Source of the DNA: Octopus vulgaris | Taxonomy: Eukaryota | DNA: 64,000 bases | Assembly (NCBI GenBank): GCA_951406725.2 | Contig: OX597815.1 | Coordinates: forward strand, 101,866,001-101,930,000 | Direction of reading: 5' to 3' | Part shown: piece after piece, positions 14,870-28,367 of the stretch | Layout of the letters: every line of letters begins with the position of its first letter | Position numbering within the stretch: position 1 is the stretch's first letter | Made by a program: the position numbers and the translations under genes | Notes under the pieces: generated by a model | Told to the model about the DNA's origin: nothing | Databases searched by the model: none | What the model saw: the letters and a program-made list of their open reading frames with translations, nothing else

Positions 14870-15435
14870 GGATGTATATTTTATGAAACCATTCTCTGTC
14901 CTTGACTGGCATAGTATTTTAATGATTATAGAAATATAAGAGGCAAAATCAACTTCAGTTAAATTTGAACTCACAACGTAAAGTGACATCCCAGAATATG
15001 GGTTTCAAACTAGCAATATCAGGGGATTGGGTAAGTCGATCACATCGACCCCAAAGCTCAACTGGTACTTATTTTATCGACCCCGAAAGGATGAAAGGCA
15101 AAGTCGACTTCTCGGTGGTAGTTAGACTCAGAGCACAAAGTCGGAAGAAATGCCGCTAAGCATTTTGTCCGACGCGGTAAGGATTGTGCCAACTCACCAC
15201 CTTTATATAAAATATAATATTGGCTTTAAATTTTGGCACAAGGCCTGCAATTTTGGGTGAGAAGTAAGACGATTGTACCGATCCCAGTACTCAAGTAGTA
15301 TTTATTTTATCAAACCTGAACGGAATAAAGGTAAAGTGGACTCCAAGACATTTGAAGTTGGAATTTAAAGTCGGAAGAAATGCCGCTAAGCTTTTTGTCC
15401 GGTACAGTAAGGATTGCGCCAGCTCGTCGCTTTAA
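14870..15435 (-). repeat. Three tandem copies of SINE family C
   Basis: ACTGGTACTTATTTTATCGACCCCGAAAGGATGAAAGGCAAAGTCGAC ... GAAATGCCGCTAAGC repeated. Confidence 0.75.
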
Positions 15436-15687
15436 TACAAAATATAATATTGATAAAAAAAATATTAATAAAATTAATAAAAAATTATTAATAGAATTAT
15501 TAATAAAAAAAATATCAAAGAAACACTCCTTCCCCACCTTCAGTAAACATTTCTCTGTTCCCAGACAAAATTTAATTTACCACAACATCATTTCCCATCA
15601 CTCTTGTTTCTCTTAATATTACCTCGTCTTTGTTTATCTTCTCTCCCACGCTTCCAAGCATCAATAAAGTACTAGATTTGATTCGTC

Positions 15688-15688
<1 letters not shown>

Positions 15689-15759
<71 letters not shown>

Positions 15760-15847
15760 TTCTTCTTCTTCTTCTTCTTCTTCTTCTTCTTCTTCTTCTT
15801 CTTCTTCTTCTTCTTCTTCTTCTTCTTCTCCTCCTCCTCCTCCCCCC
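15689..15847. repeat. Compound microsatellite (CAT)n(CTT)n(CCT)n
   Basis: Visible directly. Confidence 0.95.
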
Positions 15848-15946
15848 ACCCCTTCCATCCATAACAAATCCCGCCTTTCGTTTGAAGACTCGCTCAAGCT
15901 GCTAGAAATAGCAGCTAATTCTCACTTAAACTACGCTATGCTGCCG

Positions 15947-16023
<77 letters not shown>

Positions 16024-16521
16024 ATTGTGTAAATGTAGCCCGAAGTGAAACGTTTGATCATAGATTTATTCAATCAAGACAGACTTGGAGTTAACAACAT
16101 CACAACAGCAACAACCTTCGCATCTTCCTTCTTCTTTGACAAACGCCTCCTTTTCCCTTCCTCCTCTTCTTCTTCCCCTTACCCCACCTTTTTCCTTCAC
16201 CTTCCACCTGTACCTGTCTCTCACCGTTACTCACCTCTCAGACAGGTTATTATAGCTCAGTGTTTTATTAGCATCTGTCGATCCGTTGATAACAACGACT
16301 TTAATACGCGTGGGAGACACCGACCGCCGTTGATGTGTTTAACCTCAGTGTTTATCGCATTTCAAACCGCTTCCCACCCCACTCACGCCGCTAGCATCCA
16401 CGTATACTACTTCATCGCCATCACCATCGCCGCTGCCTCCACCTCATCAGTTTATCTTGTTGTTTTATTGTTCTTATAAATACATTCATGATACAAACCC
16501 ACCCCGCGCATGCACACAAAT

Positions 16522-16571
<50 letters not shown>

Positions 16572-16603
16572 GCGCTTGTGCGTGTAAGTACTTTATACAT
16601 ACA

Positions 16604-16653
<50 letters not shown>

Positions 16654-16659
16654 AATATG

Positions 16660-17062
16660 TAGGAGTTGCTGTGCCATAAGTAGCTTGCTTACCAGCCGCA
16701 TGGTTCCGGGTTCAGTCCCACTGCTTGGCACCTTGGGCAAGTGTCTTCTACTATAGCCTCGGAAACTGAAAGAAGTTCGTCGTATATGTGTATATATATT
16801 TATATGTATGCATGTGTGTGTGTGTGTGTTTGTGTGTACGTGTGTGTTTGTTTGTCTGTCTTTGTTACTCCTCACCATCGCTTGACAACCGATGTTGGTG
16901 TGTTTACGTTCCCGTGATTTAGTGGTTCAGCAAAAGACCGATAGAATAAGTACTAGGCTTACGAAGAATAAGTGCTGGTGGGAGGGGGGAAGATCTGCTC
17001 GACTAAAGGCGTTGCTCCAGCATCGCCGCAGACAAATGATTGAAACAAATAAAAGAATAGAA
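16660..17062 (+). mobile_element. SINE family A, near full length
   Basis: tRNA-like head (GGTTCCGGGTTCAGTCCC), internal (TG)n, core GACCGATAGAATAAGTACTAGGC, and an AAAAGA-type tail. Confidence 0.85.
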
Positions 17063-17308
17063 GAATATCTTTTAAGTTTGCTTGCGGGAAACGCTTTGAA
17101 TATGCAAATAAATCTCGATTTTGCTGGCCACAGTCTAATGATGCTGGCCGGTGAACAAGTTTTTCGGGGTTGCATCGAGCTGTACCGATATAATGTAGGT
17201 TAAATATAGTAATGATAACATGTCTCTTAAAAGACATGTGATTTGTGGAAACGCGAGTAGCGATGCATTAAATGTTTATAAATTCTATCCAAAGCATATT
17301 GTTATTAT

Positions 17309-17420
<112 letters not shown>

Positions 17421-17896
17421 GAGTGAGCGAGCATAGCATGCCATCAAAGTGACACTGGGGTAAAATATACGAAGCCCAGTATACCCATCATGACTACCCG
17501 TCTGATAAGGGTACACCAGGCACATGCATCACAACCATATGTGCGCGACATGGTGATCTCATATCAAGATAAACAGCACATGACCTTGCAGGTGGAGCCC
17601 AGTTAGGATTTTCTTCAGATCGAGTAACCCATCCCGCTCAAAAGGTCCCTGAATAAGGGTTGTTTAAGGACGTTGAACGAAACACCCATGTTTCCAGAGG
17701 TGAATTATTCAAACCCCAAAGAATCCTTCTCAACACATGGCTATGATGCTCCCCCACTACTTCTGCTCGTGATCTGAGATGCACATAACGTCAGCCACTA
17801 AGGGACATGCTCAACTGGTTAAGGTCAAACAACTGACAAGCAAATCTGTGGTATTGAGCAGAATATTTGCTGTAGCCCATCTTTTATACCAAGACG

Positions 17897-17897
<1 letters not shown>
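17421..17897 (-). mobile_element. About 480-bp non-coding insert flanked on both sides by (TTA)n
   Basis: Pure (TTA)n at 17368-17420 and 17898-17953 brackets a complex, more GC-rich segment with no convincing ORF. The strand is inferred from a (TAA)n-tail assumption. Confidence 0.55.
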
Positions 17898-17957
<60 letters not shown>

Positions 17958-18085
17958 GTAGAAAAATACAAACTGGGACAAGAACGTAAAACATTTAGAA
18001 GACGATACAAAAAACACGGACGGGACATTCGAAGCCTTCAAACTTCAGTCAAGAACCGGATCATCCTCGCAATTTCGGCTGATGC

Positions 18086-18512
18086 TAGCTTGGCGATATA
18101 ACTATTAATATCCAGTACTGCTGCCGTGGTCTCTTTTAGAGAGATTTAGAAATATTAATATTTCTATTTTTGAAAACCAGTGGATGTGTTCCACTGAATA
18201 TATGTAAATATACACCTTTGAACAGACAGTCAGCAGCAACACCTGCTGGGTTCGGCTACTCCACATTGACAAGGGGCAATCACCTCGAAACTAGTCTGTG
18301 GTTGTTCAACCAGCAAGGGGAAGCTGCTGACCTGCCCTGTTCGAAGGTTGTAAAGGACACAGGTTTGTGTGTCACATAGCTAGCTAGAGGTGATGGTCTC
18401 TTGGAGCTAATCAACGGTATCATTCGTCCTATTTTCCTGGACTGCCATGTTAGCTTGGCGATAACTATCAATATCCAGTATTGCTGTCGTAGTCTCCTTC
18501 AGAGAGATTTAG

Positions 18513-18518
<6 letters not shown>
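18086..18518 (+). mobile_element. About 365-bp partial-tandem unit with a minimal type I hammerhead (retrozyme-like or non-autonomous Penelope-like)
   Basis: Direct repeat 18086-18155 / 18451-18518. Hammerhead fold at 18261-18301. A related inverted fragment lies at about 6272-6335. Confidence 0.65.
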
Positions 18519-18547
<29 letters not shown>

Positions 18548-18784
18548 CTCACAGACAAGGACATACCTCCTCACACACACACGCAAGCTATTATAACCTC
18601 TCCTAAAAATAAAGTAAATCATTGCACCATAGGATTTTTTAGTATGGCCGGGAGCAAGGAAAATAGGTTTGATACGTCTGATTTCCAGGCTTTGTGGAAA
18701 TTTTTCATAGAAAGAATACTGTAATCCGTTCATGGGGGGATTAGAAGCTTATAGTATTTTACTTTGTCTACATACACGAACAGC

Positions 18785-19085
18785 GAAGGCTCGCGGCTTA
18801 GTGCATAGGGTATTCGGCTCACAATCGTAAGTTCCTAAGTTCATTTTCCGGCGACACTTAATTTCACGTTGTCCAGTGCACTCAGAAGAGAAAAATTTGT
18901 AGTACCTGTATTTCAAAGGTCAAACTTTGTCACATTCCGTATCACGCTGAATCTCCACGAGAACTACGTTTCGGGTACACGTATCTGAGGAGTGCTAAGC
19001 CACATGCACGTTATTTCACGTGCAGGCTGTTCTGTTGATCGGATCAACTGGAACCCTCGTCGTCGCAACCGACGGAGTGCCAGTT
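18785..19085 (+). mobile_element. tRNA-derived SINE family B
   Basis: GGCTTAGTG..TAGGGTATTCGGCTCAC..AGTTCA head; body GTACCTGTATTTCAAAG...GATCAACTGGAACCCTCGTCGTC. Second copy at 54626-54903. Confidence 0.8.
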
Positions 19086-20087
19086 ATATATACACCAACA
19101 TTGCTGAACTTATGAATCTAAGTTACATAACGGCGCACACGCTGACATCGTATACAATTAATCCTGCATTACATAAGGTTTGGGGTTAATTTTGAAATCT
19201 TATGCAAGGTAAACTACTTTTTTATAAACTACTTTAGCTAAGAAAGGTAGTTGTTGAGTGACAAGAAGTTTCCTTGCCAATCACATGGTTCTGAGTTCAA
19301 TCCCACATCATAGCACCTTAAGCACGTGTCCCCTACTGTAGCCTCGGGCCGACCAAAGCCTTGTGAATAGATATGGGAGACGAAAACTGAAAGAAGGTAG
19401 AGGCAGAGGGACAGAAGAAACAAGGAGGGGCGAGAAAAAATGACAGGGTGACAGTGAAATGAAAAGAGAAAGGAAAGTGAGCATGAAGAGACGGTAATGA
19501 AATGTGAGAGAAGGGGAACGAAAGAACGAAGAGTGGAATGAACGAAGTAAGCGTGAAAGGGCTGATAGAAAAAAGAAAAGAATAAAAGAATAAAAGTCAT
19601 ACAAGATTTAGATAAATTTCATTGCCTTCTCGTCATGCTCACTTTCCCTCCTATTTTCAATTCACTGTCTCCCTGTCATTTTTTCTCGCCCCTCCTTGTT
19701 TCTTCTCCCTCTTTCTCTCCCTCTGTCTCTCTCTGTCTCTCTCTCTCTCTCTCTTCTCTCCCCACGTGACCGGTGTTCGGCCAAGCCTGACCTTTCTTTC
19801 TTGGTTCGGCCGCTGTCCGTGGAATTTCTATATTCTTCCCTGTGCCTGTGAAATCTTGCATCCCTGCCGTAAGGCTTTACTTCCACACACACCAGCTTAA
19901 TTTAATTCGTCCTTAGTCGAAAGACACCTGTTGTTATGTCCTGTTATTTGTATTTGTGTAACCTTCTCCGTTTTTCTTTTTGGTCCTTGTTTTCGTATAC
20001 ATTCGTTGCTTTCTTCCAAGGAATCTAATGCGCTTAGCTTAGTTTTTCCTTGAGGCTGGCCAGGTTGGAGAAATCTCGACTATAATC

Positions 20088-20631
20088 AAGTGGAGTTCAA
20101 TGTCAAGACGAGACTGATTTGTTTCATCGATGCGAAAGGAATTGTCCACACAGAATTTGTTCCTCTTGGTCAAACTGTTAACCAGACATTTTACTTGGCA
20201 GTTCTGTAGCATTTGCGAGACGCGGTGAAACGAAAACGCTTCGACCTGTGACAAAGTAGAAAGTGGTAGTTTCATCACGACAATGCGTCTGCGCACACAG
20301 CCTTCAGTGTGAGACAGTTTTTGCCAAAATTGGCATGACCTCTCTTACCAACTCTGCCTATTCACCCGATTTTGCTACCTGTGATCATTTTTGTTACCCC
20401 GAATGATAAAGGCCTTAAAGGAAAACATTTTACAGATGTGAAGAAAAAAACGACAGAAGCGTTAAAAGGCTTCGCAAGAATTCTAGAACTACCTTGAACA
20501 GTGGAAAATGCATCTGGACCGATGCATTGCTCCAGATGGAGAATAATTTGAAGGCTATAAAAGTATAAACATATAAAACTAAGTGAATAAAATAATATTG
20601 CAAAATTCCGGTTTCTTTTGGGTCCCCCTCG
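20088..20631 (+). mobile_element. Mariner transposon 3' half (pseudogenised transposase plus TIR)
   Basis: ICFIDAKGIVHTEFVPLGQTVNQTFY, HHDNASAH and PYSPDFATCD motifs with stops; ends GGTCCCCCTCG|TA. Confidence 0.88.
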
Positions 20632-20663
<32 letters not shown>

Positions 20664-20710
20664 CATACATACATACATACATACATACATACATACATAC
20701 ATACATACAT

Positions 20711-20762
<52 letters not shown>

Positions 20763-20766
<4 letters not shown>

Positions 20767-22005
20767 CACCCAGTGTAAGCTATGGACGCATAAGAGGTGC
20801 AGCAACATGAAAGGGAAATTAACTGATAAGATTGCTTTCATGTGCGGCAGATGCACAGGGACAATATACACCACAGATACTCAGAAAACAGATTCCATCA
20901 CACTCCAGGGGGAGAAACTAGAAGTAGTTGATAGTTTCCGCTACCTGGTTGACCAAGTTAGTAGTGGAGGTGGATGCTCAGAGAGTGTCACCACTAGAAT
21001 ACGAATAGCCTGGGCAAAGTTCAGAAAGCTCCTAACCCTACTGGCGACAAAGGGTCTCTCGCTCAAAGCGAAAAGTAGATTGTATGACGCATGTGTGAGA
21101 ACTGCCATGCTTCACGGTAGTGAAACATGGGCTGTGACTGCAGAGGACATGCGTAGACTTGAAAGGAATGAAGCTAGCATGATCCGCTGGATGTGTAATG
21201 TCAGTGTGCGCGCACGACAGAGGGTAAGCACCCTGAGAGAAATGCTGGACATAAAAAGCATCAGATGTGGTGTGCAAGAGCGATGCTTGCGACGGTATGG
21301 TCATGTACTGCGGATGGATGAGGAGAGATGTGTGAAGAAGTGCCACTCCCAAACAGTTGAAGGTATCAGGGGGTGAGGTAGACCCAGGAAGACATGGGAT
21401 GAGGTAGTCAAGCATGACCTCAGAGCGTTGGGCCTCACTGAGGCAATGGCAAAGGACCGAGATCTCTGGAGATATGCTGTGACTGCAAAGACCCGGGCTG
21501 CTTCCTACACCAGTTCCGCATAGCCCCTGCCCATTCAAAGTACCTTGGATTCCAGAACATCCCGCTGTGCTTGAGGAGACCTGTTGAGTCAAGTACATGA
21601 ACATCGAAATAAATATCAATGGAAATAGAAGTAGTGATACCTGTGCCGGTGGCACATAAAAAGCACCATCCGAATGTGGCCAATGCCAGCGCCGCCTCGA
21701 CTGGCTTTTGTGCCGATGGCACATTAAAAGCACCATCCGAACGTGGTCGATGCCAGTGGCACGTTAAAAGCACCAACCGATCGTGGCCGATGCCAGACTC
21801 CCCTGGCACCTGTGCAGTTGGCGCGTAAAAAGCACCCACTACACTTGCGGAGTGGTTGGCGTTAGGAAGGGCATCCAGCTGTAGAAACACTGCCAGATCA
21901 GACTGGAGCCTGGTGCAGCCCCCGGCTTCCCAGACCCCGGTCGAACTGCCCAACCCGTGCTAGCGCGGAAAACGGACGTTAAATGATGATGATGATGATG
22001 ATGAT
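20763..22005 (+). mobile_element. 5'-truncated RTE-clade LINE with 3' UTR subrepeats and (GAT)n tail
   Basis: LEVVDSFRYL..RIRIAWAKF..RLYDACVRTAMLHGSETW..YGHVLRM..GRPRKTW. The UTR has repeated AAAAGCACCA.CCGA..GTGG.C.ATGCCAG. Confidence 0.92.
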
Positions 22006-22050
<45 letters not shown>

Positions 22051-22293
22051 CATACATACATACATACATACATACATTACATACATACATATATACATAC
22101 ATACATACATACATATATATATATAATATCTATATATGTATGTTTATATAATACAGACTGTCGTCTAAATCTGTGTACTTTTGTTGATTGTGTGTGTGTG
22201 TTGATGCACATACACACGCACATACATATACTCACACAAAAACACACACACACGCACACATGCACAGACATTCATCTCTCTCTCTCTCTCTCT

Positions 22294-22345
<52 letters not shown>

Positions 22346-22373
22346 ACATACATATACATACACATCCATATGA

Positions 22374-22404
<31 letters not shown>

Positions 22405-22830
22405 CGTGTGCATGTATATCGATATACTGTGTCTACTGAATCAATTATGTGTAACCAATGATGGATTTCTATGTTGATGCAATAAATAACCAAAAGAAAA
22501 AGCAAATACTAAACATTTGATGGCTGAGCCTAATTAGCTCACCTGCGTTTCATGTATGAGTCATTGTAGTTCATAAAATTGACTCTACCCAACTATACCA
22601 TGCAATAAAAACAAGAAACACGATAGCGTATAATATAATATATACAACGAATGCTTACTCTTAACAGTTATTTAAAGAGAGACACGATATCTGAGAAATA
22701 TCTAAGTAATTTTTGTATATAACATGCAGAACTGGTACTGTTTTGTTTAACTATTGTGGACGATATATTTGACCTCAGTAAATCATCGGTATTAAAAGCA
22801 CAGGTCTTTCTGTAATTAAGTTAGAACTTG

Positions 22831-23204
22831 TGTAGCTGTGTGGTAAGAAGCTTGCTTCCCAGCCACATAGCTCCGGGTTCGGTCCGACTGCGTGGTACCT
22901 TGGGCAAGTGTCTTTTACTATAGCCACATGCCGACCAAATCCTTGTGAGACGGAAACTGAAAGAAGCCCGTCGTATCTCTCTCTCTCTCTCTTTCGCTCT
23001 CTCCCTCTCTCTAAATATATATATATATATTTAAGTGTGTGTGCTTGTGTTTGTTGCGGTTATATATTTAAGTGTGTGTGCTTGTGTTTGTAGCGGTTCA
23101 GCAAAAGACCGATAGAATAAGTACTAGGCTTACAAAGAATGAGTTCTGGGGTCGAATAACTGAAACAAGTCAAAGAATAGAAGAATCTAGTAATACATGT
23201 GTGT

Positions 23205-23257
<53 letters not shown>

Positions 23258-23478
23258 TGAGCTTGTTCCCCTTCACACTACCACTACCACCACCACTTGA
23301 CAACCGGCGCTGATGTGTTTACGTTTCTATATCTTCGGCAAAAGAACAGATGGAATAAGGACTAGGCTTTTGAAAAAATATATGCTGGGGTCGATACATT
23401 CGACTAAAAAATTCTTCAAGGCAATGTCTCAACATGGCCACAGTCTAATAACTGACACAACTAAAATATAAAAGATAA
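22831..23478 (+). mobile_element. SINE family A copy plus a second 3' half
   Basis: GCTGTGTGGTAAGAAGCTTGCTTCCC head; two GAATAAG.ACTAGGCTT cores. Confidence 0.75.
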
Positions 23479-23550
<72 letters not shown>

Positions 23551-23552
<2 letters not shown>

Positions 23553-25455
23553 CCGCGGTTGGATCGCTGCCTTATACAGCGGCATCCGCTCAGTAGTTCG
23601 CGTAAATGGTCATCTATCCAGACCTTTTAACATCATGCGTTCGGTTCGTCAGGGATGCCCCCTCTCATCGCTGCTGTATGTACTGACTCTTGAGCCACTA
23701 CTGCGGAAACTGGCGACGCTGAGGGGCATCCCACGAGAGCTGGGATGCGGGAGGAGCGTGTCTGCATACGCGGATGACGTCACCGTCATAGTGTCGAGCT
23801 ACGAGCACATCGAGCTGGTCGGCGAGACACTGAAAGAATACGAAGCGGTAACGGGAGCAAAAATTAACCGGGAAAAGTCAGTGGGCTTGCGGCTCGGCAC
23901 CTGGAGAAGCAAGCCCATGCCGTCCAACAGCGTCTCCATCGTGGGACGCTGGACGGACGGACCGGTTAAATTGCTCGGGGTCTGGTTCGGTCCGGACCTC
24001 CAAATGGAGAAGAACTGGGGCGAGATAACGACTAGGGTGGCTACTCTCACCCAGAAATGGACTGAGAGAAAGCTATCCCTAAAAGGTCGGGCGGAGGTGG
24101 CGAACGCGTACATCGCATCCGTCATCGAGTATCGTCTGACCGTCGTGCCTTGTCCCGACCCTACCATCACCAAACTGGAACGCATACTCTTCCGCTTCTT
24201 GTGGAAGGGAAACGTTCCGATGGTTAGGCGATCCATTTGCTGCCAACACCCGCTAAATGGAGGGCTGGGCATGCCGTGGTTGATGATGCGCAGACATGCG
24301 CTGAGACTGCGACATCTCCGGCGCTTCATAGACAACGGTGAACAGGGGTGGTCGCCTTTTGTGCGGCGCGCTTTCCCGCAGCTCGTCTCCTTGGACGAAC
24401 TACAGTCATGGATCAAGCAGAGACCGAGGCTAGGCCAATGGCACCGCGAGTGTCGCGTTGCTCTCAAGCAACTCTGCCGTCCGGGATCGAACTTGTGCGA
24501 CTCCATCACAACAAAGGCATTCTATAGAGGATTAGTGGAGGGGAGGTGCGACGACGAACTCGGGCAGAGTCTGGGCGTCGACGAGGAACACCTGACCCGC
24601 CTGCTCAGGACAACTTTCGGGCCGGGACCTATGAACAATCACCAAAGATCCCTGGCCTGGCAGTGCTATCGAGAAGCATTACCTGTTCGGGATAAGCTCT
24701 ACAGACACGGTTCCAGACACACTGGACCGACTTGCCCGAGATGCGGTCAGAGCGACGAAACCGTTCTACACGCACTCGTGCAATGTCCAACCATTTCCGA
24801 CCTGTGGGCTTATGCCGAACGGCTGCTGTCACGTGTGGGACGAATCCGCCTATCGGCCGAGTCTATCGTGAGAATTGCTCCGCCCCCTTCCCTCAACCGG
24901 GAAGGCAAGGCAGTTTTCATCGTACTGGTGGCCATGGTGAAAGAATGTGTGTGGTGGACTCGAGCGAAAGGATTAGAGACAAACACTTACCTCTCTGGCC
25001 AATCGCTCATCAACTTTTTCAAGTACCACTTGAAAAGGAAGGTGAGAATGGAGAGGAAGTTTTGTCTCGCGAAAGATTCAAAAAAAGATGGGTGAATGTT
25101 GCAAAGATGGTGCGTGCTAGTAACGAAACCATTTTGAGCATGATCCTGTAGATCGTAAAGAAAGAAAGAAAGAGAGCATTTTTGACCTCATGTGTTTATT
25201 TCCTCCCTGACTGGGGTTCCCGTGGTCTTTTCTGTAGGCTTTTCTTCCCACGGATGAACCCAATCTTGTTATATCAATGTTTACACCATTATTTCTGTGA
25301 TACACGATTTTTTCTTTTTTTCCTTTTTTTCCTCCTCTCGATCCCTTTTGATCGCAATCTTACATTTTTTATTTTTTTCCACCCTCGAAAAGAAAAGCTC
25401 TGCATTTGTATTTGTCCCCTCTGTATTCAGCCCTGTATGGCTAATAAAAGAAAGT
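23551..25455 (+). mobile_element. Tx1/L1-clade LINE, 5'-truncated, copy 1 (RT C-half plus CCHC zf-RVT)
   Basis: SVRQGCPLS, SAYADDVT, GAKINREKS, KLLGVWF, LSLKGRA, GGLG, CPRC..ETVLHALVQC. One frameshift near 25060; the likely true stop is at 25151. Flanked by (TATC)n on both sides. Confidence 0.95.
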
Positions 25456-25492
25456 TATCTATCTATCTGTATATGTATGTATATATATCTCT

Positions 25493-25533
<41 letters not shown>

Positions 25534-25854
25534 GTATATATATACACATACAATGTATATATATATATAGCCATACATGCATACATACATACATACATAC
25601 ATACATACATACATACATACATACATACATACATACATACATACATACATGCAATATATATATAAATATATGTATATGTATATATAATTTACGCATTTGC
25701 GTGTCAGTGAATTCGCTGGCAGGGTATATAAAATAACTAAAATACTGAGATGTAGGTAAATTGTGAATAAATTCAGCTGCGTACGTTTCCTGAAGCATAG
25801 ATTCACACGCATTGTGTTAATAAATTCTGTAGTGTATGTCTACATCTCTCTGTC

Positions 25855-25912
<58 letters not shown>

Positions 25913-26539
25913 CCTATTCTTTCCTTATCCGTACAAAATGAACCTGCCTTCAACTCAACAAGTTTCCGCTGGTTATTTCCACCTTATCAAGAGTGTCTAT
26001 ATAAGACGAACTTCAGTAGTGTGTTTGTGTGTATGTATATTTATATACACATCCAAGTTTATATATATATTCATGTAGATCAAGTGGGTTGGTTGTGAAG
26101 CAACGAAAATAGTTTTTGATATATGACCCCCTTTCTACCTAATCTACATGGGTTCGAATTTTTAGCCTTGTCAGTGTTACATACCACAGGGATTCATCAA
26201 GCCTTCAAGATGTGCAACTTGTCTTTCGCTCGGGGAATACAACTGTCGTATTTGCACATGTCTGATCATATCTTTGCACGCGTGTCGTTTAGTGCGCTGA
26301 CAGTAGAATGAGTGTACATGGCTGATTGTATGTATGTTCGTGCGTCGTTGTGTTTGTGTTTAAACATTGTGACTTTGATTGTATTTATATTTATGTTTGT
26401 TTTGTGATAAGATGTAAGTACTGATCAAGAGGGAATATGAAGTATATTTACAGGATTTTAACGTGTTTTATCAATGTAAATGAACACTAGAAGGGATACT
26501 ATCTTGAAATTACACGTGTGAAGTTTTTAACACTTCTCC

Positions 26540-26960
26540 CTTTTACTCTCTTTTACTTGTTTCAGTCATTTGACTGTGGCCATGCTGGAGCACCGCCTTT
26601 AGTCGAGCAAATCGACCCCAGGACTTATTCTTTGTAAGCCTAGTACTTATTCTATCAGGTCCCTTTTTGCCGAACCGCTAAGTTACGGGGACGTAAACAC
26701 ACCAGCATCGGTAGTCAAGCGACGTTGGGGGGGGGACAAACACAGACACACAAACATACACACACACTCGCACATACATATATACATGCATATATACGAC
26801 GGACCTTTTTCAGTTTCCGTCTAACAAATCCACTAACAAGACTTTGGTCGGCTCGAGGCTATAGTAGAAGACACTTGCCCAAGGTACCACGCAGTGGGAC
26901 TGAACCCGGAACCATGTGGTTCGTACGCAAGCTACTTACTACACAGCCACTCCTACGCCT
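26540..26960 (-). mobile_element. SINE family A, full length
   Basis: Complete reverse complement from the TTTTACTC tail to the head ACACAGCCACTCCTACGCCT. Confidence 0.88.
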
Positions 26961-27646
26961 ATTTCTAATTTCTTTCTTTCTTTCTTTTCTCCCTCTTCAA
27001 ACATCAACTCAAAATTTTACGAAACTGGAAATTACCAAATATTAAAAATTAAGGGATTTACAATAAAAGATTAACTTCCAGATTATCCAAAACTTATAAT
27101 AAAGAAAAATGTTGTTGTAGTAGTTGTTGCTTAACCTTAGGTTGGCTCTGACTCGGCACATCCATGCTCAAAGGATTTCGAAGCATAAGTATCATTCTGT
27201 CTTTTCCTTGACCGTCGTCTATCTAGGAGTACCTGATCCAATGAGTAATAATGGCTATGAATATTTAGTTCACATAGCTGATCGTTGTACCCTAATAAAA
27301 AATAAATGTATGTTCTCATTGTTTAACTCGCAGTTGGCCCTTAATGAACAGATTCATAAATGTAACCACTCGTGGGCCGTTCGCGGTATTCCTTCTTCAT
27401 TTTTGGATTCTTCCTTTTCTCCTTTCCGGTGAAGAGCTTTGACCGAAACGTTAAAAACGCTCTCCTTTCACCGAGCGTCAAACTAATATAATTCTTGTGC
27501 ACGTCCTCATGTTCGTTTTTATTCTCTTTTCGTTTTTTATTCGCTTTTTGAACTGTTTCTTCATTGAATTGTCTATATATCTATCTATCCATCTCCTTGT
27601 TTCTCTGTCTCTCTGTCTCTGGCTGTCTGTCTCTCTCTCTCTCTAA

Positions 27647-27755
<109 letters not shown>

Positions 27756-27863
27756 TATATATATATAGAGTAGCGACCCTCGGAATCAGTAATTTTGAAC
27801 GAATAAGCTGTACTTGATATTGAATACTCTTTCTCTTGTTTTTACAACCAAGCACGTACGCAC

Positions 27864-27867
<4 letters not shown>

Positions 27868-27954
<87 letters not shown>

Positions 27955-28284
27955 TATGTATGTATGTATGTATTTGTGTCTCTGTTTTTCTTCGTCCAAC
28001 CCCATCGCCTGACAGCGGATGCTGGTTTGCTTACATCCTCGTAATTTAGCGGTACGGCAAAAGAGACCGATAGAATAAGTACTAGACTTATGAAGAATAA
28101 GTCCTGGGGTCAATTTGTTCGACTAAAGGCGTTGCTCCAGCATGGCTCAAGTCAAATGACTGAATTATAAGTATAAATATAAAAGACAACATACATACAC
28201 GACGCGCATAAACATTACACACATTGTGTATCTATACATACAAAATATAATATATTACAATACATTCACACATACACTCACATA

Positions 28285-28367
<83 letters not shown>

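Noticed and set aside
15630-15905. Poly-His/Leu and poly-Glu/Asp ORFs
   Set aside because: Compound trinucleotide repeat with no splice or domain support.
16660-16740. tRNA genes at SINE heads (also 18790, 54630, 57790)
   Set aside because: A/B boxes are present but there is no full cloverleaf, and each continues into a SINE body.
21640-21840. Spaced AAAAGCACC repeats resembling a CRISPR array
   Set aside because: The spacers are related to each other, they lie in the RTE 3' UTR, the context is eukaryotic and there are no cas genes.
23799-24509. 236-aa antisense ORF in Tx1 copy 1
   Set aside because: Likely a shadow of a GC-rich coding strand; no recognisable motif. Only fragments appear in the decayed copies, so it cannot be supported.
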